The notes beneath the pieces are model-generated. The model was given only the letters and a program-made list of their open reading frames with translations. It made no database searches and had not been told where the DNA came from. 64,000 nucleotides of DNA from Octopus sinensis (taxonomy: Eukaryota). Below, in pieces: positions 35,449-48,239 of the stretch (position 1 is its first letter; each line of letters starts with the position of its first letter). The DNA lies in contig NC_042998.1 in assembly GCF_006345805.1 (NCBI RefSeq), positions 42,780,001-42,844,000 on the forward strand, in the 5' to 3' direction. Both the position numbers and the translations under genes were made by a program.

Positions 35449-37689
35449 CTTTAGTGCATGTGATTTATCATTCAAACATAACTGTAGAGTGGTTATAGTA
35501 AATAAAAGATTAAGAAATACTGAATAAAGTCTCTTACTAGTGTTTCTAGAATAGCTGAGCATGTGGAACATATGTCATAGAGCAAAGGTTTCCATGCAAG
35601 TCAATTATTCCATCTTTGGAGTGAAAGGATCACTGAATATCTTTAATAAGGACATTAGTGGTTACCAGTTCAGTGAAGAATTAAGAAACATCCTTAGAGA
35701 AAATTAATAGTGGTTATCAGTTACATGACTGAAAAATTAATATCTAGTAAATTTCTTAAACGATAATAGCAGTTAGCAGTTCCATTGTTGACGAACCAAG
35801 GAATATTCTTGATAAAAGATAGAAGTTAGTTACTAGTTCCCTCTCTGAAGACGGATAGTTGGCTTACATGGAAATCTTTACTCAATGACACATGCTTCAC
35901 ATCTTCAGCTAGTCTAGAAACAGCTGTAAGAGACTTTAATGTATTATTTCTTAATCCCTATAACTATTCTGCAATTATGTTTGAATCATAAATTACATAC
36001 TCTAAAATGATACATTTTGCTTGTTCATTCTCTCTTCCTAATGTGTGTGTGTGTGTAAAGCATCATCATCATTATCGTTTAATGTTCACTTTCCATGCTG
36101 GCATGGATTTGTGATCTGGCAAGGCTTCCTAATGCCAACCACCCTGAGAATTTAGTGGGTGCTTTTTACATGCCACAAGTACAGGGGCCAGTCAGGCAGC
36201 ACTGGCATTGACCATGCTCGAAAGGTACTATTTACAGGCCACCAGTATGGGAGCCAGTCAAGCAGCATTGGCATCGACCACACTCAAAATGTGCCTTTTT
36301 CGTGCCACTAGCATGGGATCCAGTCAGGTGGCACTGGCACCGACCATGCTCAAATGATGCTTTTTACAGCCATGATCAAATGGTGCTTTTTACATGCCAC
36401 TGGCTTGGGTGTCAGTTAGGTGGCATTGGCTAGTATATTGAAAAAGGTGGTACCAAAAAATTTACAAGTAAAACAAAAGGGACCACAAATGGAAGCGAAC
36501 TTCTTGATTATTTACATATAGTATATGCATGCATGCATGCATGCATGCATGCATGTATGTATGTATGTATGTATGTATGTATGTATGTATATGTACATGA
36601 ATGTCTGTATCAGAGTGTTAATGTTTGCACTTGATCCTGCAAAAGTTGGCATATGAATGAAGATGCTGTCAGTTCTATGAACATATCATCCACTTATGTC
36701 ATGGCTTTCAAACCATGTGGAATGAGAGATTCCTTGAAAAACAGCTAAGACAGTGAGAGGGGGAGCATCTAGCTATAAAGCAATGTCTCAATAACATATT
36801 CATCTAACCCATGGTGGAAAAATGAATGTAAAATGAACAAATTAATATCTATCTATCTACCTATCTATCTATCATTTATATATATATATATATATATAGC
36901 TCCTACATGCATTTTTTTCTCTATTACCATCAACCAAGTTCACTCATAAAGCATTCATCACCCCAAGGCTGTAGTAGAAGACACTTGCTCAAGGTGCCAC
37001 ACAGTAAAATGGAACCTGAAACTGTGTACTTATGAAGCAAATGTTACTACGACACAACTTAGCTTAATCTTATAATTTAGTAATAATTATAATTCTAAAC
37101 ATCCGCCTCCATTAATTTACTTCAAACTAATCATTATTATATTAAACTCAATTATCATTTTATGCCATCAGTCTATAAACTTATATTCTTATAATATTTT
37201 CCAAAAAATAAAACATACATTACTGATTATCAACTTGCTATAATAACACTAGTAGTTCAAACAAATCACCTCTATTATCAATTTCATATGTACTTTACAT
37301 AAATTATTTCCTCAAATGCTTTTATTCTGCTTGTCACTTGTCAGGATAAAATACTTCAACCTTTGCCATTTTTCTTTTATAAAAAATATAAATAACATAA
37401 AATCTAACTCAAGTGACTGACAGGCAACATCTACCTTTTGGTCTAAAAACAATTTTGGTTTTTAATTAAGCCCAGAACCATTTGTTGACCAATTTTAAAA
37501 TTCAGTGACACATGAATATGCATATATTCACTAAAATTTCATTACTCATAACTGTGGAAAGCAGTTTTAAATACCAATCTAGCTTTTGATGAAGAATGTC
37601 ATGTTTAAAACTATTCCTTGTTGAGACCCGTCTAGTTTATTGAGGCAACATGACTTGCAGAAAATACCAATTCTATGTCTTGGTTAAAT

Positions 37690-38420
37690 TTATGGAGCCA
37701 GTATGCTTTGCTGGATGTGCAATGTCAGTGTGCATGCTTGACAGAGTGTAAGCATCTTGAAAGAAAAGTTGGGCATAAGAGGCATCAGATGTGGTGTGCA
37801 AGAGAGATGACTGTGCTGGTATGGTCATGTGGTGTGTATGGATGAGGGCAGCTGTGTAAAAAAGTGCTGATCTCTAACTGTGGAAGGAATCTGTGATAGA
37901 TGTAGACCCAGGAAGACATGGGACAAGGTAGTGAAGCATGATCTTCTAACTTTGGGCCTCACAGAGGCAATGACTAGTGACCAAGACCTTTGGTGAAAAG
38001 CTGTGCTTGAGAAGACCCATCAAGCCAAGTGACATTGTATTCATGGCTGATGCTGGTATCATGTAACTGGCACCTGTGCTGATGGCATGTAAAAAGCACC
38101 TTTCAAGCATTGGGTCTCACAGAGGCAAAATGTTTGAGCTCCTTTTGAGTGTTGGGCCTAATGGAGGCAATGACTGTGACCTTTGGCATTATATTGTGCT
38201 TGAAAAGAAGACTCATCAAGTCAAGTAAAATCACAGTCATGGCAGATACTGGTGTCACAAATAATTCCCATGCTGGTGGCACGTAAAAGCAACCATTACA
38301 CTCTCAGAGTGGTTGGCATTAGAAAGGACATTCAGTGATAGAAACCATGCCAAATCAGACTGGAGTCTGGTGCAGCCTTCTGACTTGTCAACATGGACAA
38401 TGGACGTTAAATGATGATGA
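37690..38420 (+). mobile_element. RTE LINE 3' end (ORF2 C-terminus plus 3'UTR)
   Basis: Decayed EKLGIRGIRCGVQER*LCWYGHV...RPRKTWDKVVKHDLLTLGLTEAMTSDQDLW, directly followed by the (GAT)n-tailed repeat family. Confidence 0.85.
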
Positions 38421-39982
38421 GTACTGGAATAACCATGATATTTGATTTTGCCGATAAAAGGGTGAAATGAGCTTTCTTATTTAGTCAATCAACTTTAACC
38501 TCCCTTTCCTTATCTTTTTGTTATACCTCACTTCCCCTATCCACCACTCTCAGAATTTCTTTAACAGTCTATAAGAGTAATCAGCTACTTGCCCTATCTC
38601 TTAACCTTTCAAATTCACCCGAATGAACCAGGACACACCACAAATCTTATAAATGTCAAAATTTAAGATGATATAAAAGATTTCTATATTTGGCTTTACT
38701 TTTCCTATTGAGTTCTTTATCAGATAATACTTTGTTCAACATTAGCATAACATTGTGTGTTTTTTTGTACACATGAAATCAGCAAAGGTTTGAGCATGGC
38801 TGAGTGGTTAAGAAGCTCAAATCCCACTGTGATTGATTTTGCTTTTCATCTTTCCAGGGTTGATAAAATAAAGTACCAACCAAATATTAGTATTGATTTG
38901 ACTGTCTACCGATCTGTGCTCATAGGAATCAAGGTTGCATGATGCAGTCAAACTCAAGTCCCTGCTCAATCATTGAGTTTCAATGACAGATATGTAACAC
39001 AAAGTTGGAAAACCCTGCCATTACATCAATATTGACTGGAACACCATTTCTATGATTACTGATTCAACACACAGATCCTTCCATTCACTTACACATATAC
39101 ATACATTCTCTGAAATTAGATCCTCTTAAGAGGATCAATACAAAAGAAAAAGAAGCAGCACCAAGGTCATAAAAATATCATACAAGACTCTAAATCTCTA
39201 TGTACGTGACAGCAACCACATCCCTAATTCTTGCAAGCGGCTCCAACAACACTGTCAAAATACAAGCATACATTTTGAACTAGATTGTAAAAATATGTTT
39301 ATTAAAAAAGATATTTTTATTTCATTGAAGAAACATTTCACAGATTATATCACAGTTATGAAATATAATACAAATATTAGAAACAAATAAAACACAAACT
39401 AGAAAATCAGTTTGGAGTAACAAAATTGGAAACTTTAATTTCTAATAATGCCTACAGTCTCATGAAGCCAGGGCTTAACTGATTTTTTTTGAGGTGTTTA
39501 GTTAACTGAGAATACAAGACTCCTCTTTAAACCAGAAGCCATTTTGCCATAGAGTTAACCCCAACTACAACTGGTACATGTTTTCAACTAGGTGAACTGG
39601 AGAACTATGAAATGAAATGAAGTGATTTGCTGAAGGCTCTAACACATCATGCAATTCAAGAATCAAACCTACAACCTACTGAAAACAACCCAAAGGACCT
39701 AACAACTAGAAATGACACCCACAGCTGAAAATCTGAAATACAAATCAGTCTGTTACAAACAAAAATGGTGAATAGACAAGTATGTTGTGTTCTCTTTATC
39801 ATGTCCAATAAACACATCCCAATGAATGAGGCTGACATACACATTGACAGGAATATTCACATAGGATGAAGAACAAAGGTCATAAACCAAGGAATTTCCT
39901 AATAAGTAAAAGAGTGAGAGAGAAAAGAACCAGTTAAAAATGTCTCTCATGGACACTTAAAATAAAATAAGGTGCCTTTCAG

Positions 39983-40139
39983 AAAATCAGAGAGAAGTAC
40001 AGGAAAAAGTCAGGTTAAAAGAAATGTATGTCTGACCCTAAAGCTTTCTATGGATTCAGAAAATAAACAACCTCTATGCCTCCCAAAATATGGCAATTGT
40101 TTGAAAAGAGTGGATCACTTACAGCAGGTTTTTTCAAAG
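39983..40139 (+). CDS. Candidate coding exon (xKSERSTGKSQVKRNVCLTLKLSMDSENKQPLCLPKYGNCLKRVDHLQQVFSK)
   Basis: gtgcctttcag acceptor, AAG|gtaact donor, 157-nt open frame. No recognised homology, and it overlaps a minus-strand exon-like segment. Confidence 0.25.
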
Positions 40140-40880
40140 GTAACTAGTCTTATGGACTTTTATTCCTAGCAACAGAGGGAAAAAAATAAACAAAACCTGT
40201 GATATCCACTTTTCACAGTGACCTTAACAAGCATGCTTATTAAAACACATGCTTATAAGCTTACTTAAGAATTCTAGCTACCCTTCCATAGTGTAACACT
40301 CATTCATTTATATGCATTTTTGTGTGCATGTGTGCATGCATGTTCTTTTGCTTTTCATTATTTAAATTCTTCCTTTGAAGAAGGAGTTAGTTTCTAACAA
40401 AGATACAAAGCTCCACTGTTGAAATGTAGATAATGAAAATAATGTCACATTTTAAACCTGAGAAAAGTCTTGTATAGTTTTACTGTTCCACTTATAAAAT
40501 GTATTTGTGATGTGCAAGTCAGTTGATTGATTTCTTTCTCTGAAAATTTATCCAGACTGACTGTTATGTATTTACTTACAAAACTGAGAGAGAACAAATT
40601 TATGTATGTATATCATTGTTCAGTTTTATTTCAAGATTTCTTGCCAATAGAGAAAGAGCCAGTTTCTAACCTAGATTCAAGGCTCCTTCATTGGAATTTC
40701 AGCATCAACAACAGGGTAATTTTTTGTATGTATGTATGTATATATATATGTGCAGATTTGTATGCTTTGTTTTATGTATGTATTCATATGAATATTGTTG
40801 CATATCTAGATATGCTCATATATATTTAAATGATAAACCTCTGGAAATACAGTTCTATATTTAAGAGATGAGGAATTATG

Positions 40881-41287
40881 TACATTATTTACATTTGATG
40901 GATCTTTGTCCTCATCTTGTTTGTTGTTAACACGTTTTAGGTGATATACCCTTCAACCTTTATCAGGTGTCTTGGGGAAATTTCAAACCTGGGTTCTCAT
41001 TCCTAAGGTATTTTTCAATGTTATTATTATTATTATATTATAGAGTTGAACAGTAAAACTATACAAGAGCCCGTGCTCTTTACCATTATGCCATATGCCC
41101 ATGGGCAATTATGGAGAGAACTTTAGGGCTTATAACAACAACAACAGCATCGAAAAATACCTTATGAATGAGAACACAGGTATGAAATTTCCCCAAGACA
41201 CCTGATGAAAGCTGGAGGGTATATCAGCTGAAACGTGTTAACAACAAACAAGATGAGGACAAATATCCGTCAAATGTAAATAATGTA
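40881..41287. mobile_element. Head-to-head inverted pair of Penelope-type repeats with hammerhead remnants
   Basis: Arms of about 155 bp (40881-41036 minus, 41131-41287 plus) with a spacer of about 95 bp. Plus copy: gacac-CTGATGA-a-agctg-loop-cagct-GAAA-c-gtgtt. Confidence 0.75.
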
Positions 41288-41299
41288 AGCCTCTGGAAA

Positions 41300-41990
41300 G
41301 TTTTACAGATTTTTAGTTCAAGTGAGAGATTGGGTCTATAGTCTTCAAATCAGCTTCTTCTTTTCTGGTTTTGAGAAACCTAATTTCTCAAGATTGGTAT
41401 TTAGGCAGTGTTACATATCCCAGGGCCCCAATAATTATAGTTATAAACCTGAATTTGTAATCTGGATAGAGCAACTGCAGATTTCTCAATAGTTCAGTGC
41501 TGATATTCTCTTTTTCACTGATCTTCGGCTTTATGTTAACATCTGCTGGGCAACTAATTTCTACAACTGTACACAGTTTCTCTTTATGAATGTATGTATG
41601 AATGAATGTAAGTATGAATGAATGTATGTGTGTGTGAACCAATTTAATGCTTGTATGTATGTGTGTATAGTGAGGGTGATGTGACCTAAAGGTTAGAGTG
41701 TTGTACTCATGGTTACAAGATTGTGGGTTTTATTTTTAAACAGAGTGGTAATTGTGTTTTTTAAGAAAGTTCTTCATCTCAGATTGCTCTATGATTACTT
41801 TGACATCTGCTAAGTGGCATACCATGCAACTGTACAACAATGTAAACTTTAAACAAATCATCTGTATAGGTAGTTCAGCAAGAAATTGCAGAACAATCTT
41901 TCTTGGATTCAAGAATCTACCATCAATATATATGTGGATATACATAAAGTTAGGATTACAAAGGAATTAACAATTATATTATGAACTTCA
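41300..41990 (-). mobile_element. Decayed non-LTR element with restriction-like endonuclease (R4/Dong/NeSL-type)
   Basis: KLCTVVEISCPADVNIKPKISEKENISTELLRNLQLLYPDYKFRFITIIIGALGYV fits the RLE consensus IIEVSCPxDxN...EK..KY..L......IVIGALG. Poorly conserved RT-like remnant at 41750-41970. Confidence 0.7.
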
Positions 41991-42355
41991 TGAGCTTACA
42001 GTTGTTTCTGCAACACTCTCATAGTTGAATGCATTGGAGCTTCAAATATGAAGTGCAATTTATTTGGGAAAATATTTACATTTATGTGTATATACACAGA
42101 AAAGCATTATAAAATGAAAAAGCATACAGATATGTAGGAAATGAAATTCAGAAAATTGATGGGGTGGCCCCTATCAGAATTATAAGAATATAAATTTTTA
42201 AAAGTGTATAAGGATAGGTGCATACCTATACTTCTCCTTCAGTCTCCTAAATTTCATTTCTTAGATATGTGTAGGCATTTTTCATTGGTAATGCCTTGCT
42301 GTGTATTTAATTAATTGTAAATGTTTTCTCAAATAAATTGCACTTCATGTCAAAT

Positions 42356-42434
42356 GCTCTGATGAAGCTAGAGGGTGTCACTCAAACACTCAATTATGTG
42401 TGCATTGCATCTTATAGCTGAAACAGCCATAAGC
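42356..42434 (+). ncRNA. Decayed type I hammerhead motif
   Basis: gct-CTGATGA-agcta[44 nt]tagct-GAAA-cagcca-TA-agc. Core and stems I/II are intact; reverting two CpG decays gives palindromic stem III cggccg with a GUA triplet. Confidence 0.6.
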
Positions 42435-43389
42435 TAATGAAGTTCATAACATAATTATTAATTTCTTTGTCATCCCAATTTCATATTACTATTCTGTACT
42501 TGACTCATGCTTCAATCTGAAGCATATGTAAACTGAGTTCTAATGTCAGGTTATTAGCATTGAAATGCCTCAGCCAATATATATATATTTAATATAATCT
42601 GAATAATAACATTATAACATGCATTTCAAAATTCCTACATAGTTATCAGCAATCATATGCCATCATATAGCAGGATTACTGCTTTTAATGGATACACATG
42701 TGGGACTCTGTTAGTATATGCAGAATTTATTAAAAAAATTTATAAGACAAAAAGATGGAATGAAAAGGCTTTAATCACAATCACAACAATTGTTTCTGTG
42801 CAATGGTAACAACTGTTATTTATGAGTTTTCCATATATTATTACATAAAATATTATATAAATAATTATAAATGAATATAATCCAACAGTAGCTGTATGCC
42901 AATATGTCATCAGGTGAGTAGCTTTGATAGCACCGCTGGATCATGTTAAGTTTCACATTGTTTTATATCCCATTGTATTTTTAGCATATATTGATTAACT
43001 TATAGATTCTAATAGACATAACTCATAAAAAATTCCAAATAAAGCAATGGTAGTAAAAAATGAAAAATATAAATTACAAGCAATTACAAAATTTATATAT
43101 AGACGCAGGTGTGGCTCTGTGCTAAGAAGCTTACTTCCCAATCACATGGTTCTGGGTTCAATCCCACTGTGTGGCATCTTGGGCAAGTGTCTTCAACTAT
43201 AGCTTCAGGCTGATCAAAGCCTTGTGAGTGGATTTAGTAGATGAAAACTGAAAGAAGCCTGTTGTATATATGTATATTTGTGGTGTGTGTGCGTGTGTAT
43301 TTTTATATACACAGGTTAAAAATTCTTCTGGATGGGTAACTGTTCTGGAGTGGGTGGGAGAAGCATATTGTTGGCAGGTGGTTAAGACT

Positions 43390-43860
43390 ATACATATTGT
43401 CAGCTACAGTGATTTTGGCACATCAACTACAGTCAGAAATGACATTTGAGCAGAAGGATAATTTCTCTAAGTTTTCATTTGAAGACCTACTTGACTAACG
43501 GCTTTAATGGACATACTGGGCAACACTTTGATGGTTATTCTAGTGTACATAAAGATCATTGATATCATACAAGGAATGAAGAAGAACCAATGCTCTTGAC
43601 GTTCTGTGATGCAAATGACTTAATCATTTGCAACACTAACTTTAGAAAACCAGACGTCACCTGATCACTTGCTACTAAGCTGCTATTACCTAGGTAATCT
43701 AATCAGCAGTGAAGGTTGATGTTCCAAAAGCATCATAGCCAGAACAATAGTGGGGTGGAAAAAGTTCAGGTGTAAGTACTTCTGTTGGTAATAAAAAGTT
43801 CCTCTCTCTGAGTACAAGGAAAACTGTATGATGCTTGTGTATGACGTGCAATACTGCTCC
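43390..43860 (+). mobile_element. RTE LINE remnants (endonuclease and late ORF2)
   Basis: GFNGHTG (DFNGHVG-like), FCDANDLIICNTNFRKPD, and a GKLYDACV segment. Confidence 0.75.
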
Positions 43861-45993
43861 TCTTGCTGTTAGAGTTCAAACTTTCAGAAAAGGTAGTTAG
43901 CTGAATACTATGCTTTTTCTTTGTTGAAGAATGTATTTAATTAGACTTAATTAGACTAGTGATTAGTGTCATCAAGATATGAACAATATGGTTTCAAAGT
44001 CACAAGACAAGAACAAGAATAGAAGGTAGGGGAAAGATCAAGGAAGTATTAAGTTTGTTTGCAACAAAAATATCCTCCAAAAGTGATGAAGTAATGTCAT
44101 GTTTGTGTATGAAGTCTAATATTTGTGGAGAATTTACAAAGGCTGAAAACAATGGGGGTATGCTCTGCCTTATGTAATGTCGGTATACATGAATATTAGA
44201 TTATAAAATACCTGAAAGAAAAAGTATAGAGTGAAAGGAAAATTAGTAGAAATAGGAGACTGCACTGGTATGTCATATGATTGATTCATTTAAAGGATGA
44301 CAGTTGGGCAAAAAGTATCAAGAAAAGTGGAAGAGAAACAGGCAGAAGAGTGAGAAAAACATATATTCAATCATTCATTAATTTTAACCATTTTTCCATC
44401 GTAGCAGACATTTGGAAGGTGAATTACTTGAAGAAGGATTTCATAGCCAAATGCTCTTCCAGTCACTAACCCTTACCTGTTTTTTTTTTCAAGTAAGGAA
44501 TTTTCATTCCAGAAGTCTTTGAATGTGTAGACTAATAGGAAATATCAGCATCACCATTCTTGTTTTAGACAGTGATAAATGTGGAATATCAACCTTCATG
44601 TACATTTGTCTACACATGCACACAACATATGCATACACACATGCATGTACACACACACACACACACATACTCACACACACAACTACTGTTCTGTGGTTTC
44701 TGTCTACTAAATTCCTTCCCATAACATTAATCAACCCATGGCTATAATAGAAGACATTTCCTCAAGGTGTCATGTTAGAGGTAGAGCATTAAAGAGCAAG
44801 AGATATATTATTTATAGGAGAACTGGAAGTAGTACTTATGTACGAAAAGCATGTGCTGAGTGGGATCCAATTTAGAAAAAAATGATTAGTTATCCAGTGA
44901 ATTAATTATTTTTTGGGTTTTTGACTTAGTTACAGTTTTAGGTTCTAGATTGTTTTGATGGTGGAAGGAGAAAAGAAAACCACAAGTGATGAGTTATTAC
45001 TCACTCTTATCTCAGCCACTGTAAGTACCCCAGATGAAAGTCAATTAGTTATAGGTAGTCTTCTATGATGCCGGTTATGATCTGAGGAAGAAGGGGTAAC
45101 AGGATTATGTTCCAGATGATAGGGTTCATACCTCTGTTTGATCTGGAAACAGGCCTGCACCAAACTGAGCAGACCTTTGATCAAAGGCATTCCAGCCATG
45201 ATCATCTCCCCACATTCCCAAGTATTATGCATCAAGGATTATGTTGATCAATGTCTCTTGCTTTTCTGAGTGGTAGGGTCTAATTTGGGTGGACTTGTCT
45301 ATTATTTCTAACAGATATAGCAATCATATTGTTGGTTTGTTTCTCAGACAGGCTGAAGAACTAAATAAATGAATATGCTGTTAAAAACAATGTGTTGAGA
45401 GATTGATTTATCCTCATGCTAAGAGCCCAGTTCAAATGTAACTGTTTAATTTATATACCTTCATGGAGCAATAGGCAAACTGCAAGGCTCCTATACAGGA
45501 TGAGTGTTTTGGAAGCATTTTAAACATTCAGACCTCTATTCTATAATTTACACCTCCAAAATAATTATTTAAATTACCTGGCCAATCAATTATTTTATTG
45601 TCCATAACTCAAACAACACAACTTTCTTTCTTCTCTGTCAAGCAAAAGGTCAACACACTAGATTCTTCACTTTTCACAATAACTGAACTTATCAGATTCT
45701 TTTATAAATTCTTCTATGGACCTTTTCATTAAGAAGTTCTTTTATTTACTTACTAAAGTTATTTACTTTCCTTTTAAAGACAATATATTGTCTATCACTT
45801 GATACATCTATCAATAAAGATTTTTGCCACATCTTCTAATGGACATTGATAAGTTAGAAATATTTACTGACTTTAAAACATCAGTTTACTTCATTCTGCA
45901 AACAGAACTGTTCCCCACCTCCTCAAATTTCATATTCAGGACAATGTTCATTAAACATGCTAGGACTTGTTATTTCCTGCAATCACTTCACAG

Positions 45994-46059
45994 AACTTTA
46001 TATTCTCAACATCAGAAAAATCTTACAAAGCAGACTTGGTGTTTTAGGTTTGCAATTAT
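45994..46059 (+). CDS. Candidate internal exon (xLYILNIRKILQSRLGVLGLQL)
   Basis: ttatttcctgcaatcacttcacag acceptor, consensus TAT|gtaagt donor, 66 nt, phase 1/1. An upstream acceptor (about 45940) is also possible. Confidence 0.4.
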
Positions 46060-47389
46060 GTAAGTGAGACAGTACATTTATATTAAATATATTTTAGTTT
46101 TGATTTCAAAAAGTGGTTCAATTTTAAAAAATTTCCAATGCTGTCTTGTTGAAATAGAACAAAATTTAAAATACCATATTGTTTTGAAAGCTATATGGGA
46201 AGTAATAAATATTTCCATTTGAGTGCACATGTACACACACTATATCAGATTTTTGGCATATAGCCCTTAGCACATACGTACGTGGTAGGATGCACGTAAG
46301 TTTGTACGTAGATTTCTTTTTGAATATTTCTTTTGCAATTCAGTAATTCACATGCAATTACATAATGAGTAACAAGATGAGCTAATGAATGGAAAATAGT
46401 TAACAATTGCGTAGATAGTGGAAGAAATAAAAATAAAAATAGAAGAAAAAAGGGAGAAAGAAGATAAGAAAGAAAAGTAAATGAGATGGTAAATAGTATA
46501 GAATAAATAGAACAGAAAGAAAAAGAAATAAGAGGAAATTAGAAACAAAAGATGAAAGAAAGATGAGGAAAAATACAAATAAAAGAAAACAAAAAATGAA
46601 AAGAAAGAAAAACTAACAAGAAGAAAGAGCTATAGAATAGAAATAGTTTGTAATGGGAAGAAAGACAGCTGTTTGTGTTGGGATATCATATAAGGAAAAC
46701 TGTTGTAAAAATACTGAACCAGATCATTTTGAACAAGTCTAGGGAATAAAAAAACTCAAGTAGGGCAAAAGTGAATCAATCTAGGGAATACAACACAATT
46801 AGGACAAAAGTGATATGATACTGGCCTACTGAATACTGTTTAGTTTCAGGTGTATTCCATTCTTTATTTAATAAGACTGACCTGATAGTAGAAAGATAAG
46901 ACAACAAACACCTACATTTCTTGCCAAATACCTATATGTATTTATGAATGCACAAACATATTTATTGCTTGTCCCTTTTTTTGGTTATCAAATGGTGACC
47001 AGTGGTTTCATCTAATGTGGGATGAAACAACTGGCCAATGTTAAACACTGAGAGTTTCAACTGCCACAAATAATTTTTAGTCAATAAATGTATTGAATCC
47101 TCTATCTGAGAGCTACTGGTACATAGTTTTCCCTACATAGTTATGTGCATGCATGCTTGCTTACATACATACATATTGCAGGTGTGGCTGTGTGGTAAGA
47201 AACTTGATTCTCAACCATGTGATTTTGCATTCAATCCTGTTGCATGGCACCTTGGTCAAGTATCTTCCGCTACAGCCCCGCTCCAACCAAAGCCTTGTGA
47301 GTGGATTTAATAAACAGAAACTGAAAGAAGCTTGTCATATGTGCACGTGTGTATATGTATGTGCATCTCTCTATCTCTAAAACTTTGAA

Positions 47390-47690
47390 TCTTTCCATCT
47401 CCTTAATGACAACCAGTCCAGATTTCAGAAAGTCAGAGCCACTGGAGAGCTATTCTTCTATATTACTCAGTAGTAGGCTTTCACCCTTGAGGAATTTTGG
47501 TGAAAGCAGTGACATTGCCGGCAGTAAAGCTATCAAGCATGTTTGGCACACAAATCTCCAGACAAAAGTGCCTATATTTGGCCTCCAGTCATCTCTCAGA
47601 AGTGATTTCTTGTTGTTGCAAGTACTGAAGGAGTTCAGTTTTATATTCCATGCTCATTCTCCAATACAACAATAACCTCTTTGAAATGAA
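47390..47690 (+). mobile_element. LINE reverse transcriptase remnant (CR1/Jockey/I-like)
   Basis: QSRFQKVRATGE and FGESSDIAGSKAIKHVWHTNLQTKVPIFG resemble QxGFR..RST / FGES..IALDISKAFDRVWH. Confidence 0.7.
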
Positions 47691-48239
47691 CTGATGGAGA
47701 AGTATGTATATTTCAAATACTGATATTGAAGGAAAGGTGATCATGAAAGTGATACATTTTCATAAAGATAATCGATATAAAATTAGAAAAATTAGAAGTG
47801 GTGAGAAGATTGTTAGGAGTAGGAAATACACAAAAGTACAAATTTGTGAAGATATGATCAGGAAAATTGAAAAACAGATAAGAGATTGGTGGGGGTGGGG
47901 GAAGAAACTTATACATAACAAAAAATATGTAGAAAGTATGATAAGAAGAAAAACCAAGAGAAACATGGTTAAGATAGCATGTTATGACAAATCAAAGGTT
48001 GAAACAATAAAGTATTTGACAAATGAAGAATCTGAAGGGGATTCAGTACGATATCTTATGGTAGATAATAAGTTATCTGCTGGAAGTAATACTCATAGCA
48101 TAGTGCAGTACTAGAATAAATACAGGGACAATGTACGTTAATCACACACAAAAATAAACACTTGACTGATGACATATAAATTTAACTGTCAAAATTTAAA
48201 TTCTGATGGTACTATCAAGTTTACACTGATTACATTGGT

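Noticed and set aside
47704-48114. 136-aa K/I-rich ORF
   Set aside because: Purine-rich low-complexity sequence between LINE remnants with no recognisable motif; probably decayed TE or chance.
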